NCBI GenBank assembly: GCA_963837315.1
Contig: CAWINE010000028.1
Span: forward strand, 470,462 to 534,461
Source of the DNA: an uncultured Chloroflexia bacterium
GTDB taxonomy: Bacteria > Chloroflexota > Chloroflexia > QHBQ01 > JADMIH01
Direction: 5' to 3'
Length of the DNA stretch: 64,000 bases
In this document: positions 17,449-26,849 of the stretch, in pieces
Layout: each line of letters opens with the position of its first letter
How positions within the stretch are numbered: position 1 is the stretch's first letter
The notes under the pieces: generated by a model
The model's database searches: none
What the model was told of the DNA's origin: nothing
The model's input: only the letters and a program-made list of their open reading frames with translations
Program-made: the position numbers and the translations under genes

Positions 17449-18960
17449 GTGTTCACAATCGACGACGTACGCAATGCGCTGAGCGACTGCCTGAAAGGGG
17501 AGCGTCCCGGCGCCGCCGGCGAGTTCACCGGTGTAACCAACAACTCCCGCGTGGCGAAGCCGGGCGAACTCTTCGTCGCACTCACCACCCCAACCGGTTA
17601 TGCGCTCGAGGTGCGAGACGGCCACGACTTCATCAGCGATGCTGTGGCACACGGCGCGACGGGCGTCATCGTCCACAATGAGGAAGTCCTGCTGCCGGAC
17701 CACGTCTGGGCCTTCCTGGTTGACGATACGAAGCACGCCATCGGCGAGCTAGCCCGCGCCTGGCGATCGCGCTTCGACGTTCGTGCTATCGCCATCGCCG
17801 GCAACGTCGGCAAGACGACGACGAAGGATCTGACGGCGGCCGTGCTGCAGGGCTGCGGCCACACTGTGCTCAAGAGCCCCATGAACTTCAACGATGAGAT
17901 CGGTCTGGCCATGACCCTGCTCCAGTTGGACCCAACCTATGCGGGCGCAACTCTCTCGGAAGATCACAGCTCATTGAGCGGACGGCGAGCTCGCGGCCCA
18001 GAGCGCACCACCGCTCCGTCCTTCGTCCTCCGGCCAACCGGAAGATCACGAGCATATGACCGGGCCGTGGTGGAGGTCGGCATGTTCGAGCTAGGTGAAA
18101 TCCGCCGCCTCTGCCAAATTGCGCAGCCGCAGATCGGCGTCGTGCTCAACGTCGGCCCGACGCACCTCGAACGCCTCGGCAGCATGCAGGCGATCGCGGA
18201 GGCAAAGTCAGAGGCCGTGCAGGATCTCCCCGCCACGGGCTGCGCCATCCTCAACGCGGACGACCCCATGGTGGCAGCCATGTCGCCGAAGACGCGAGCG
18301 CGGGTGCTGACCTTCGGAGTCGGGACGCACTCGCAGGCGGACTTTCGCGCGTCCGAGATCCAGAGCCACGGTCTGGCCGGCGTGGAGTTCACGCTTGGCT
18401 GCCTCGACCGCAGCCTTCGGGTAAGGAGTCCGCTGCCCGGTGCCGACCTCGTGCCCAACGCGCTCGCCGCGCTCGCCGTCGCGGTGGCGGACGGCGCCAG
18501 CGTCGAGGAGGCGGCCCAAGCGCTGACCTGTGCTCAGGTTAAGCCTCGGCTCCAGGCGAAGATGGCAGCCGGCGGCGCCACGATCCTGGACGATTCCTAC
18601 AATGCCAACCCGGCCTCGATGATGGCGGCACTGGACGTGTTGCGCGAGATGACGGGCCACCGCTACGCCCTGCTCGGCGACATGCTGGAGCTGGGCTCGG
18701 CGGAGACGGACGGGCATCGCTCCGTCGGCGAGCACGCCGCCCGCATCGTCGATGCGCTGTTCACGGTCGGGCCGCGCGGCGTGCAGATCGCAGCGGCGGC
18801 CAGGGCGGCGGGCGCCCGCACCGTTTGCCACTTCGATACGAAGGAAGAGGCTGTCGAGGTACTACGCGCCAACCTGGGCCCAGGCGACGTGCTGCTGGTC
18901 AAGGCCTCGCACGGCCTGGCCCTCGGCACCATAGTGGCGGAGCTCACCAGTTATATGTGA
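17449..18960 (+). CDS. murF: UDP-N-acetylmuramoyl-tripeptide--D-alanyl-D-alanine (or D-Ala-D-Lac) ligase MurF
   Basis: 503 aa from a GTG start 4 nt after GGGAGGA. MurF motifs are present: NSRVAKPGELFVAL, DGHDFI, IAIAGNVGKTTTKD, VVEVGMFELGEI, NVGPTHLERLGS, ILDDSYNANPASM and LLVKASHG. It is GC3-rich, unlike the flanking vanH and vanX. It carries two apparent in-frame insertions. Confidence 0.9.
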   Translation: MFTIDDVRNALSDCLKGERPGAAGEFTGVTNNSRVAKPGELFVALTTPTGYALEVRDGHDFISDAVAHGATGVIVHNEEVLLPDHVWAFLVDDTKHAIGELARAWRSRFDVRAIAIAGNVGKTTTKDLTAAVLQGCGHTVLKSPMNFNDEIGLAMTLLQLDPTYAGATLSEDHSSLSGRRARGPERTTAPSFVLRPTGRSRAYDRAVVEVGMFELGEIRRLCQIAQPQIGVVLNVGPTHLERLGSMQAIAEAKSEAVQDLPATGCAILNADDPMVAAMSPKTRARVLTFGVGTHSQADFRASEIQSHGLAGVEFTLGCLDRSLRVRSPLPGADLVPNALAALAVAVADGASVEEAAQALTCAQVKPRLQAKMAAGGATILDDSYNANPASMMAALDVLREMTGHRYALLGDMLELGSAETDGHRSVGEHAARIVDALFTVGPRGVQIAAAARAAGARTVCHFDTKEEAVEVLRANLGPGDVLLVKASHGLALGTIVAELTSYM

Positions 18961-19561
18961 TGGGTAAGTCAAAATATGTGTCCGGATAAGGTTCGTGTTT
19001 CAGTGTGTAATGCCACCACTCGCAATCGTATGAATTAAAACCGCAGTCCTCCATGATAGAACAAAGGTATTGACGGTTTCTCGCTTCGACTTGCGTGATT
19101 CCTTTTGCTCCATGATGTGAGATTGGATCCATCAAATCAAAGTCACCGCCCATTGGAGCAAGTTCACCGGTAGCCAGATGATAAAGCGTCAAGTCAACTG
19201 TGCTGCCCCGACTGTGGCCCGACTTAGCGGCCACATATCCTTTTTCAAACATCTCGGATCTGTCAATATTCGGATAGTGTCTTAGTTTCGTCCGGCCATC
19301 CTCCGGCTGTTTTGACCAGCGCAGAAAGCAATCTACGGCGCGTTGAGGGCGATAACCATCCCAAAGAAGCAAGCCAAAGCCAAGGGATGCGGCCTTTTCT
19401 CGCGCTCTTTCCAGGGCTGCGCACAAAGCCCTCGTACCGACAATTCGATTTGCCACATATCCGTCCACCGGTTTGCCGGTAAAGTTATCCCATGTGGCGT
19501 ACTTAGCATCCCAACGTATTCCGGATACAAACTCGTCTACAAAGACAAAATCATCTTTCAT
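18944..19561 (-). CDS. vanX: D-Ala-D-Ala dipeptidase VanX
   Basis: 205 aa with IRWDAKYATWDNFTGKPVDGY, LLLWDGYRP, SGHSRGSTVDLTL and DCEWWHYTL (zinc ligands and catalytic residues of the VanX family). Its start overlaps the ligase stop (ATGA). Confidence 0.92.
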   Translation of the reverse strand: MKDDFVFVDEFVSGIRWDAKYATWDNFTGKPVDGYVANRIVGTRALCAALERAREKAASLGFGLLLWDGYRPQRAVDCFLRWSKQPEDGRTKLRHYPNIDRSEMFEKGYVAAKSGHSRGSTVDLTLYHLATGELAPMGGDFDLMDPISHHGAKGITQVEARNRQYLCSIMEDCGFNSYDCEWWHYTLKHEPYPDTYFDLPITYNW

Positions 19562-20598
19562 CGCCGGTTTCCTGTCAATGTCAACGACACAATCCGGTCG
19601 ATCACTTCGGCCAACGGCAACCCTGCGGCTGCCATCATTCTCGGATAACGGCTGTATGAGGTCATACCAGGCAAAGTATTAACCTCGTTAAGGATCACTT
19701 TTCCATCTTCCTTCAGGAACATATCAACCCGCGAAAGTCCCCTGCATCCCAGGGCGCGATATAGGGCCTTTGCTGTCTCCTGAACGAGCAAGCGCGCCTC
19801 TGCCGAAATGTCAGCGGGAACGATTGCTGTTGAGTTTTCGGAACCGCTTTCAGGCTCACTCTCCTGATGGATTCTGAAAAAACCATGAGATAGAGAGATT
19901 CGATCTACCTCGCCTGCAATCAAATCCCTATCGTTCCCCAATATCGCACACCCCACCTCGCTGCCGACGACAGCCTCTTCAATCAACACCTTCGAGTCAT
20001 ACTGTCTTGCGGTTTCCACCGCACTGAGCAATTCTTCTTTTCGAGATACTTTACTGACGCCGAAAGATGAACCCGAACGGGCCGGCTTCACAAAGACGGG
20101 ATAAGTAAGCCGGTCGGGATCAATATTCTCGTTCGCCGCGACAGTCCAGAAATTCGGCGTAGCAATTCCCGCGCTTCTAGCGACGATGTAAGCAAGGGAT
20201 TTGTCCATACACAGAGCAGAACTTTGGACATCGCAGCCCACATAGGGGATGCCGGAAAGCTCCAACAAACCTTGCATCGCGCCATCCTCGCCAAGTTTGC
20301 CATGCAGAACGGGAAACACCATATCCAAACGGATCGTTTCGTATTGTCCCTGCTCCAGAACAAGCAATCCGTGGACGCTTCTGTCCGGTGACAGCGCAGC
20401 CGGACGGCAACTGCCGTTTTCCCAATTTGCATCAGGGCCGTCACAAAGCTTCCAAGCGCCGCTCTTCGTAATCCCGATATAGAACGGTTCATACTTTTCG
20501 ATATCCAGGTTTTTTGCGACCTCTTGCGCAGATTTAACGGAGATGGGATGTTCTTCGGAACAGCCACCGAATATAATTCCGATCTTCAACCTATCCAT
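19558..20598 (-). CDS. vanA: D-alanine--(R)-lactate ligase, VanA/VanB type (allele not assignable by eye)
   Basis: 346 aa, near-collinear with VanA/VanB: IIFGGCSEEHPISVKSA, EKYEPFYIGITKSGAWKLC, FPVLHGKLGEDGAMQGLLELSGIPYVGCDVQSSALCMDKSLAY, YPVFVKPARSGSSFGV, GSENSTAIVPADIS and NEVNTLPGMTSYSRYPRMMAAAG. SD GGAAG lies upstream. Confidence 0.92.
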   Translation of the reverse strand: MDRLKIGIIFGGCSEEHPISVKSAQEVAKNLDIEKYEPFYIGITKSGAWKLCDGPDANWENGSCRPAALSPDRSVHGLLVLEQGQYETIRLDMVFPVLHGKLGEDGAMQGLLELSGIPYVGCDVQSSALCMDKSLAYIVARSAGIATPNFWTVAANENIDPDRLTYPVFVKPARSGSSFGVSKVSRKEELLSAVETARQYDSKVLIEEAVVGSEVGCAILGNDRDLIAGEVDRISLSHGFFRIHQESEPESGSENSTAIVPADISAEARLLVQETAKALYRALGCRGLSRVDMFLKEDGKVILNEVNTLPGMTSYSRYPRMMAAAGLPLAEVIDRIVSLTLTGNRR

Positions 20599-20611
20599 GC
20601 TGCTTTCTTCC

Positions 20612-20724
20612 TTTCAAACTGGTTCGCTCATGTCCTGCCTCCAGTCTGGGCCGCGTGGTGTTGCCGGCACGTATGTGGTTTTCGATATGCCGACGATATG
20701 CTACCCGCTGGTATAATCGAGAGT
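20612..20724. promoter_or_regulatory. copy 2 of the van control region: divergent ligase/vanR promoters with a candidate response-regulator site
   Basis: CGATATGC direct repeats at 20683-20690 and 20694-20701 are spaced 11 bp and overlap the -35 position. TATAAT lies at 20712-20717, 7 nt before the vanR ATG (leaderless geometry). The palindrome TGCCGGCA lies at 20661-20668. Confidence 0.6.
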
Positions 20725-21420
20725 ATGCGTGTGTTGATCGTCGAGGACGAACCCTATATGGCAGAAGCCATCCGCGATGGCCTACGCCTGGCAGCGATCG
20801 CCGCCGACATCGCCGGTGACGGCGACACCGCTCTGGAGCTGCTGAGCATCAACGCCTACGACATCGCCGTCCTCGACCGCGATATCCCCGGCCCCTCCGG
20901 CGACGAGATCGCCAAACGCATCGTCGCCTCCGGCAGCGGCATGCCTATCCTCATGCTCACCGCTGCCAACCGGCTCGATGACAAGGCCACCGGGTTCGAG
21001 CTCGGCGCCGACGACTACCTCACGAAGCCGTTCGCACTCCAGGAACTCGTGCTCCGTCTCAGAGCACTCGACCGCAGGCGGGCCCACAACAGGCCGCCCG
21101 TGCGAGAGATCGCAGGCCTGCGTCTGGATCCGTTCCGCCGCGAGGTCTACCGCGACGGCCGCTACGTCGCGCTCACCCGGAAGCAGTTCGCAGTGCTCGA
21201 AGTCCTCGGCGCTGCCGAAGGCGGAGTCGTCAGCGCCGAGGAGCTACTGGAACGGGCATGGGATGAGAACGCAGACCCGTTCACCAACGCCGTGCGCATC
21301 ACGGTCTCGGGACTGCGCAAACGGCTCGGCGAACCCTGGATCATCGCCACCGTGGCCGGCGTCGGGTACCGCATCGACACTCAACCAGACACCGGGCGTG
21401 AGGAAGGAGACCGTGGATAG
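20725..21420 (+). CDS. vanR: OmpR-family response regulator VanR
   Basis: 231 aa with a receiver domain (MRVLIVEDEP...VLDRDIPGPSGDEI...ILMLTA) and a winged-helix domain (LTRKQFAVLEVL...VRITVSGLRKRLG...GVGYRI). It lies divergent from the ligase and is followed by a sensor kinase. Confidence 0.85.
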   Translation: MRVLIVEDEPYMAEAIRDGLRLAAIAADIAGDGDTALELLSINAYDIAVLDRDIPGPSGDEIAKRIVASGSGMPILMLTAANRLDDKATGFELGADDYLTKPFALQELVLRLRALDRRRAHNRPPVREIAGLRLDPFRREVYRDGRYVALTRKQFAVLEVLGAAEGGVVSAEELLERAWDENADPFTNAVRITVSGLRKRLGEPWIIATVAGVGYRIDTQPDTGREEGDRG

Positions 21421-22516
21421 AGCCCCTGGTTTGAGTGTTCGCCTCAAACTCACCCTCAGCTACGCCGGCTTCCTCATGCTCGCAGGTGCCTTGCTACTCG
21501 CCGTCGTGTGGGTGTTCCTGCTGCGTTACGTACCCGACCGTCCGATCATCGCACTCGGGTTCGTTCCCAACCGTTCCGACCTCCTGGACGCTTTCGCTCC
21601 GAGGGCAGCCGCAATGGTGGCGTTCTTGCTGGTGTTCGGTCTCCTGGGAGGGTGGCTTCTCGCCGGCCGCATGCTCGCCCCCTGACTCGCATCACAGACG
21701 CCACACGCATGGCCGCGAACGGATCGCTTTCCCACCGGATCGAGTTGGAAGGCCGTCAGGACGAGTTCCGCGAACTCGCCGACAGCTTTGATGCCATGCT
21801 CGCACGGCTCGAAGCCCATGTCGCCGAACAGCAGAGATTCGCAGCCAACGCCTCCCACGAGCTGCGCACCCCGCTGGCGATCACGCAGACACTTCTTGAC
21901 GTGGCCCGCAACGATCCGAACCGTGACACCGGCGAACTCGTCGAGCGCCTCCACGCCGTCAACACCCGAGCGATCGACCTCACTGAAGCATTGCTCCTGC
22001 TCAGCCGCGCCGACCAACGGTCCTTCACCCGAGAACACGTCGACCTGTCCCTCATAGCGGAAGAAGCCACTGAAACGCTCCTCCCTCTCGCAGAAAAACG
22101 CGGCCTCACCATCGAGACCTCCGGCGACATAACCCCCACCATCGGCTCGCACGCGCTACTGCTGCAGATGACCACGAACCTCGTGCAGAACGCGATCGTC
22201 CACAATCTGCCTACATGGCACCGTGTGGGTCACGACCAGCATTCACCCCAAGCGTGTGGTGCTCACTGTCGAGAACACCGGTGAGAAGCTCACCCCACAT
22301 TTAGTTTCCACGCTTGTCGAGCCGTTTCAACGCGGCACCAAGCGAATACGCACCACACCCGCAAGCGGGTACCCGGCAGGTGTCGGCCTCGGCCTGGCAA
22401 TCGTCAAAAGCATCACCCAGGCACACGACGGGACCCTCACTCTCACCCCACGGGCCGCTGGGGGGCTCCGCGTCACGGTGCAGCTACCCGCAGCGCCACC
22501 GCACGCTGGCAGATGA
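21413..22516 (+). pseudogene. vanS: sensor histidine kinase VanS-type, two frameshifts
   Basis: A GTG start overlaps the vanR stop. The TM1-loop-TM2 region ends at a stop at 21685, in a C5 run. HAMP, the H-box (ANASHELRTPL) and the N-box (NLVQNAIVHN) continue in the frame of ORF 21508-22284. The G-boxes (VENTGEKL..GLGLAIVKSI) lie in the frame of ORF 22223-22516. Confidence 0.8.
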
Positions 22517-22678
22517 CGATCAAGGGAAGGCATCTGATGAGCTCGAAGCGGCCAGGCAGTGCCGCCGCCAACAGATTTGTGCTACGATGAGGTGAAAACT
22601 CTCACTTTCTTAGCACGACTTTGCACATTTCCAACCGAATAGGCTATGGCTAGAACCCAACAACAGACGGAGTAGGCG

Positions 22679-23287
22679 ATGCGCGATGCGCAATCCATTG
22701 CGTTGTTCATTCCAACAGCGGCGCACCCGCTCGGACCCTTCCTGGTCTGGCGGGCTACACAAGATTTTATAGAACTGCCCTGGAAAGAGTTCGGAGTGCT
22801 TGAGCTTACTGCCCTGCCCACTATCCGGCAAGAAGACTGGCTGCCGAAACTCCAAGCCGCTGACGCCCTGCTGGTGGGAGGTGGCGATCCCCTGTATCTA
22901 TGCTACTGGATGCAGCAGTCCGGCCTTGCGGACCTCTTGACTGGGCCGTCGCTGCGCGAGATGGTCTATGTGGGACTGAGCGCCGGGAGCCTGGTGATGG
23001 CCCCCAACATCGGGGAGGACTTCGTCCGCTGGAAGCCGCCAACCAGTACCGGTACCGGTGGCGACAGCGACAGCGACAGTGATAGAACGCTGGGACTGGT
23101 TGATTTTGCTATCTATCCGCACCTGGATCACGAGGCTTTGCCGGAAAATACCATGGCTAACGCAGAAAAATGGGCCGCCGGTATGCGGGTGCCGGGGTAC
23201 GCGATTGATGATCAGACCGCCCTCAAAGTGACCAACGGGACCGCCGAAGTGGTCTCCGAAGGCCATTGGAAATTATTTACGCCCTGA
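22679..23287 (+). CDS. peptidase S51 (dipeptidase E-like) / type 1 glutamine amidotransferase-like protein
   Basis: 202 aa with FIPTAA, LLVGGGDPLYL, a nucleophile elbow VGLSAGSLV, and FAIYPHLDH. The N-terminus looks short for the family. It carries an internal repeat-derived TSTGTGGDSDSDSD segment. Confidence 0.7.
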   Translation: MRDAQSIALFIPTAAHPLGPFLVWRATQDFIELPWKEFGVLELTALPTIRQEDWLPKLQAADALLVGGGDPLYLCYWMQQSGLADLLTGPSLREMVYVGLSAGSLVMAPNIGEDFVRWKPPTSTGTGGDSDSDSDRTLGLVDFAIYPHLDHEALPENTMANAEKWAAGMRVPGYAIDDQTALKVTNGTAEVVSEGHWKLFTP

Positions 23288-23428
23288 ACTCGACTGGCCC
23301 TGAACTCGACTGGTCTGAAAGCAGGGCCAACGGTGGCCGGAAAGTTCCCAGAAGATGAGTGAGGGTACATTGCGGGCGCTGCGGCCTCGCGCCCGCAGCA
23401 GCCACTGCAGGCACAAGGAGCATGAACG

Positions 23429-25314
23429 ATGGCCGAAAACGATAATCCGATTTTACTCCCCTATCCGCGCTCGCTCACTCGCTCGGCTGGGCAGCATGTC
23501 TTACGGCCTCGCCGGCGCGTTATACTGGAAGGCGCTATGGCGCAGGAGCTAATGCCCGCCGGACGGCGACTGCAAGCCCAACTGGGCAAGTTGGCCGGTC
23601 TGGATTGGGAGATAGCCGCAACGCCGCTGGGCCCGGCCGAAGAGATCGGCGCGGTGTTGCGTCTGGCGCCGGGCACCGCCGACCACGAGCAGGGCTACAG
23701 GCTGACCATTTCGCCCGAGCAGATACTGATCGAGGCGCCGGAGCCGTCCGGAATTTTCTACGGTACCTGCACGCTGGTACAGCTTGTGGCACAATATGGC
23801 CGGACGCTGCCTGCCGTGCAGATAGCGGACCGGCCCGATTTTCCGGCCCGTGGGGTCATGCTAGACATCAGCCGCGACAAAGTGCCGCAGATGGACACGC
23901 TTTACAGCCTGGTCGATATGCTGGCCGGCTGGAAAATCAACCAGCTGCAGCTCTACACCGAGCACACCTTCGCCTATCGCCGGCACCCCGACGTCTGGGC
24001 CGAGGCTTCGCCGGTGACCGGCGACGAGATCCTGGCACTCGACGCCTTCTGCCGCGAGCGCTATATCGAGCTGGTGCCCAATCAGAACACCTTCGGCCAT
24101 ATGGAGCGCTGGCTGAACCATGCCCCGCTATGCGGTCGCTGGCCGAAACCCACGAAGAGTTTCGGTGCCATGGGGAGGTAAGATGCACGGGCCGTTCAGC
24201 CTCTGCCCGCTGCGATCCCGGCAGCCTGCAGCTCGTGCGCAGCCTGTTCGACGAGTTGCTGCCGCATTTCAGCAGCAAGCAGTTCAACGTCGGCTGCGAC
24301 GAAACCTTCGACCTGGGGCAGGGCCGCAGCAAGGACGAGTGCGAGCGTCGCGGCACCGAGCGCGTCTACCTCGACTATCTGCTACAGGTCCACAACGAAG
24401 TCGCGGAGCGCGGCTACACCATGCAGTTCTGGGGCGACATCATCGTGCAGCACCCCGACCTGGTCCCCGAGCTGCCCAGGGAAGCATCGCGCTGGAGTGG
24501 GGCTACGAGGCCGACCACCCGTTCGAGGAGCACGGCGAGCAGTTCGCCGCGCTCGGGCATCGCCTTCTACGTCTGCCCCGGCACCTCGTCCTGGTGCTCT
24601 ATCGCCGGGCGCACCGACAACGCCATCGGCAACCTGCGCAACGCCGCCGAGAGCGGGCTGAAGAACGGCGCCGTCGGCTATCTGAACACCGACTGGGGCG
24701 ACATGGGCCACTGGCAGGTGCTCCCGATCAGCTTCCTGGGCTTTGCTGCCGGTGCCGCCTACTCGTGGGCGCTCGAGGCAAACCGGACGATGGACGTGCC
24801 GGCTGTCGTTAGCCTGCATGCCTTCCGCGACCCGACCGGCGCCATGGGCCGCGTCGCCTACGACCTGGGCAACGTCTACAAGTCGGCAGGCGTCCTGATG
24901 CCCAACTCGTCCCTACTTTTCTGGACGTTGCAACGCGATTTCGCCCAGGAGATGGCGACGCGAACGGGCGGGACGGTCGATTACGCTTCCCCGCTCGCTG
25001 CCATAGACAAGGCCATGGCGCCCATCGCCACGGCGCGCATGCAGCGCCCCGACGCGGCCCTGATCCTTGCCGAGTTCGAGAACACCGCCCGTATGCTGCG
25101 CCACGCCTGCCGCCGCGGCCAGCTTATCTACGACGATAGGGAGCGCGCCGATCCGGCCGCCACCAAACAGGCGCTGGACGACGACCTCCGCGACATAATC
25201 TGCGAGTACGAGCGGATCTGGTTAGCGCGCAACCGGCCCGGTGGCCTGCGCGAGAGCGTCGGGCGTCTCCAGTCTGCTCGGCTCGACTACAGACCAGTGA
25301 CCGGTGACCAGTGA
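23429..25314 (+). pseudogene. GH20 beta-N-acetylhexosaminidase-like glycoside hydrolase, multiply frameshifted
   Basis: The N-terminal and catalytic barrel start is in ORF 23429-24181 (RPDFPARGVMLDISRDKVP...INQLQLYTEHTF...NQNTFGHMERW). The sequence then alternates between three frames (LAETHEEF; PWGGKMHGPFSLCP; CDPGSLQLVRSLFDELLPHFSSKQFNVGCDETFDLG; IALEWGYEADHPFEEHGEQFAA; GIAFYVCPGTSSW...). There are at least five frame changes between about 24125 and 24560. Confidence 0.75.
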
Positions 25315-25380
25315 CTAGGGACTAGGGGCTAGTGACCAGGCATGCGCGGTCACTAGCCCCTAGCCCCTAGTCACTGGTCA
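25305..25380. repeat. heptamer-arm hairpin (CCCCTAG / GTGACCA units) overlapping the GH20 stop
   Basis: tgaccagtgactagggactaggggctagtgacc (25305-25337) pairs with gtcactagcccctagcccctagtcactggtca (25349-25380). Confidence 0.85.
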
Positions 25381-25421
25381 GCATCACCGAGCAAACGACT
25401 AATTCGAAGGGAGAGGCGAAG

Positions 25422-26594
25422 TTGGAAACGAGAACCGAACCACAGATTGAGGCGATCCGACAGGAACTACCTGTGCTAGAGCGGCTGGTATATCTGAATA
25501 CAGGCACGGCGGGACCGCTGCCGCGCCGGACCGCCGCAGCGATCACCGCCGCGAACGAACGCCAGCTATTGGACGGCAGGGCCAGCTACAGCGTCTATAT
25601 GGAGGATTACTTTCCCCTGCTCGACGATGTGCGGGCACGCTTTGCTCGTCTATTGGGTGCCGATGTGGGCGAAGTGGCGATCACTCATCACACCACCGAG
25701 GGTATGAACATCGCTATCTGGGGTCTGAATTGGCAGCCCGGCGATGAAATCGTGGTAACCACTCATGAGCACGATGCGGGTCTATTGCCGGCCTACGCGG
25801 TGGCGCGCCGGTTTGGGTTGGGCTTACGCATAGTTGATACGAGTGGCGATGATGCCGACACGGTCGCGGCGGAGATCATTGGCGCGCTCTCACCACGCAC
25901 GCGTCTGGTCGTGATATCGCACGTTACCTTCACCACGGGAGCGGTGCTGCCCATACAGGCCATCGCCGCGGCGGCCCACCGGCAAGGAGCGCTGGTCGCC
26001 GTGGACGGCGCGCAGTCGGCGGGCGCGATACCGGTAGATGTGCATGCGCTGGACATCGACTTCTACGCCGTGCCAGGGCAGAAGTGGCTGTGTGGGCCTG
26101 AAGGCGTGGGGGCCCTGTATGTCCGCAAGGCCTGCCTCAGCGCGTTAGCCCCAACCTATATCGGCGGTTTCGCGCTACGCGACTTTGAAGCAGTGGACCT
26201 GACGGGTAACTTTCTGCCCGCGCCCGACGCCCGGCGCTATGAGCAGAGCAGCCTGTACTGGCCTGCGCTGTATGGGATGCGGGAGAGTTTACGCTGGCTG
26301 GAAGAGGATATCGGCTGGTCGTGGATGTTTGCAAGAACGGCTGACATGACTGCGCGTTGCCGGGCGCTGCTGAGCGAGCTGCCCGGTGTCACCTTGCACA
26401 CGCCGGCCCAGCAGGGATCGCTTACGGCCTTCAGTGTGGCGGGGCTGGAGGCGCAGGCCACGGCCACAAAGCTAAGCGAACAAGGTATTATTATCCGCTC
26501 GATCCCGCACTACAACTGGCTTCGGGTGGCGACGGGCTTTTTCACAACTGAGGCCGATTTGGAGCGCCTACGGGATGGGCTGCTCGGCCTGTAA
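25422..26594 (+). CDS. aminotransferase class V-fold PLP-dependent enzyme (cysteine desulfurase / epimerase-like)
   Basis: 390 aa from a TTG start after AGGGAGAGG. Class V features include YLNTGTAGPLP, HHTTEGMN, SHVTFTTG and DFYAVPGQKWLCGPEGVG (PLP lysine region). Confidence 0.8.
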   Translation: METRTEPQIEAIRQELPVLERLVYLNTGTAGPLPRRTAAAITAANERQLLDGRASYSVYMEDYFPLLDDVRARFARLLGADVGEVAITHHTTEGMNIAIWGLNWQPGDEIVVTTHEHDAGLLPAYAVARRFGLGLRIVDTSGDDADTVAAEIIGALSPRTRLVVISHVTFTTGAVLPIQAIAAAAHRQGALVAVDGAQSAGAIPVDVHALDIDFYAVPGQKWLCGPEGVGALYVRKACLSALAPTYIGGFALRDFEAVDLTGNFLPAPDARRYEQSSLYWPALYGMRESLRWLEEDIGWSWMFARTADMTARCRALLSELPGVTLHTPAQQGSLTAFSVAGLEAQATATKLSEQGIIIRSIPHYNWLRVATGFFTTEADLERLRDGLLGL

Positions 26595-26849
26595 TGACAC
26601 CGCTGGCGAACTCCTATTCAGCGGTATTGTTTTGCGAGGTCAGTGATCTTTGTCATAATTCGCGTAAACGCGGCTGTGCTGGCGCTGCACTTGGACATTT
26701 TCCGCTAACACGCCTTGCTCAAATGTTCGGCTGGCAAACACCGTTTTTGCCACCTGGCCCGACCGGCTCTACAGCGCTTTACAGAGCCAATACCCTCGGG
26801 CGCCAACAATCCGAGCGCTTTATGCCCGGAGCGTGGCTTATCCTTAACA

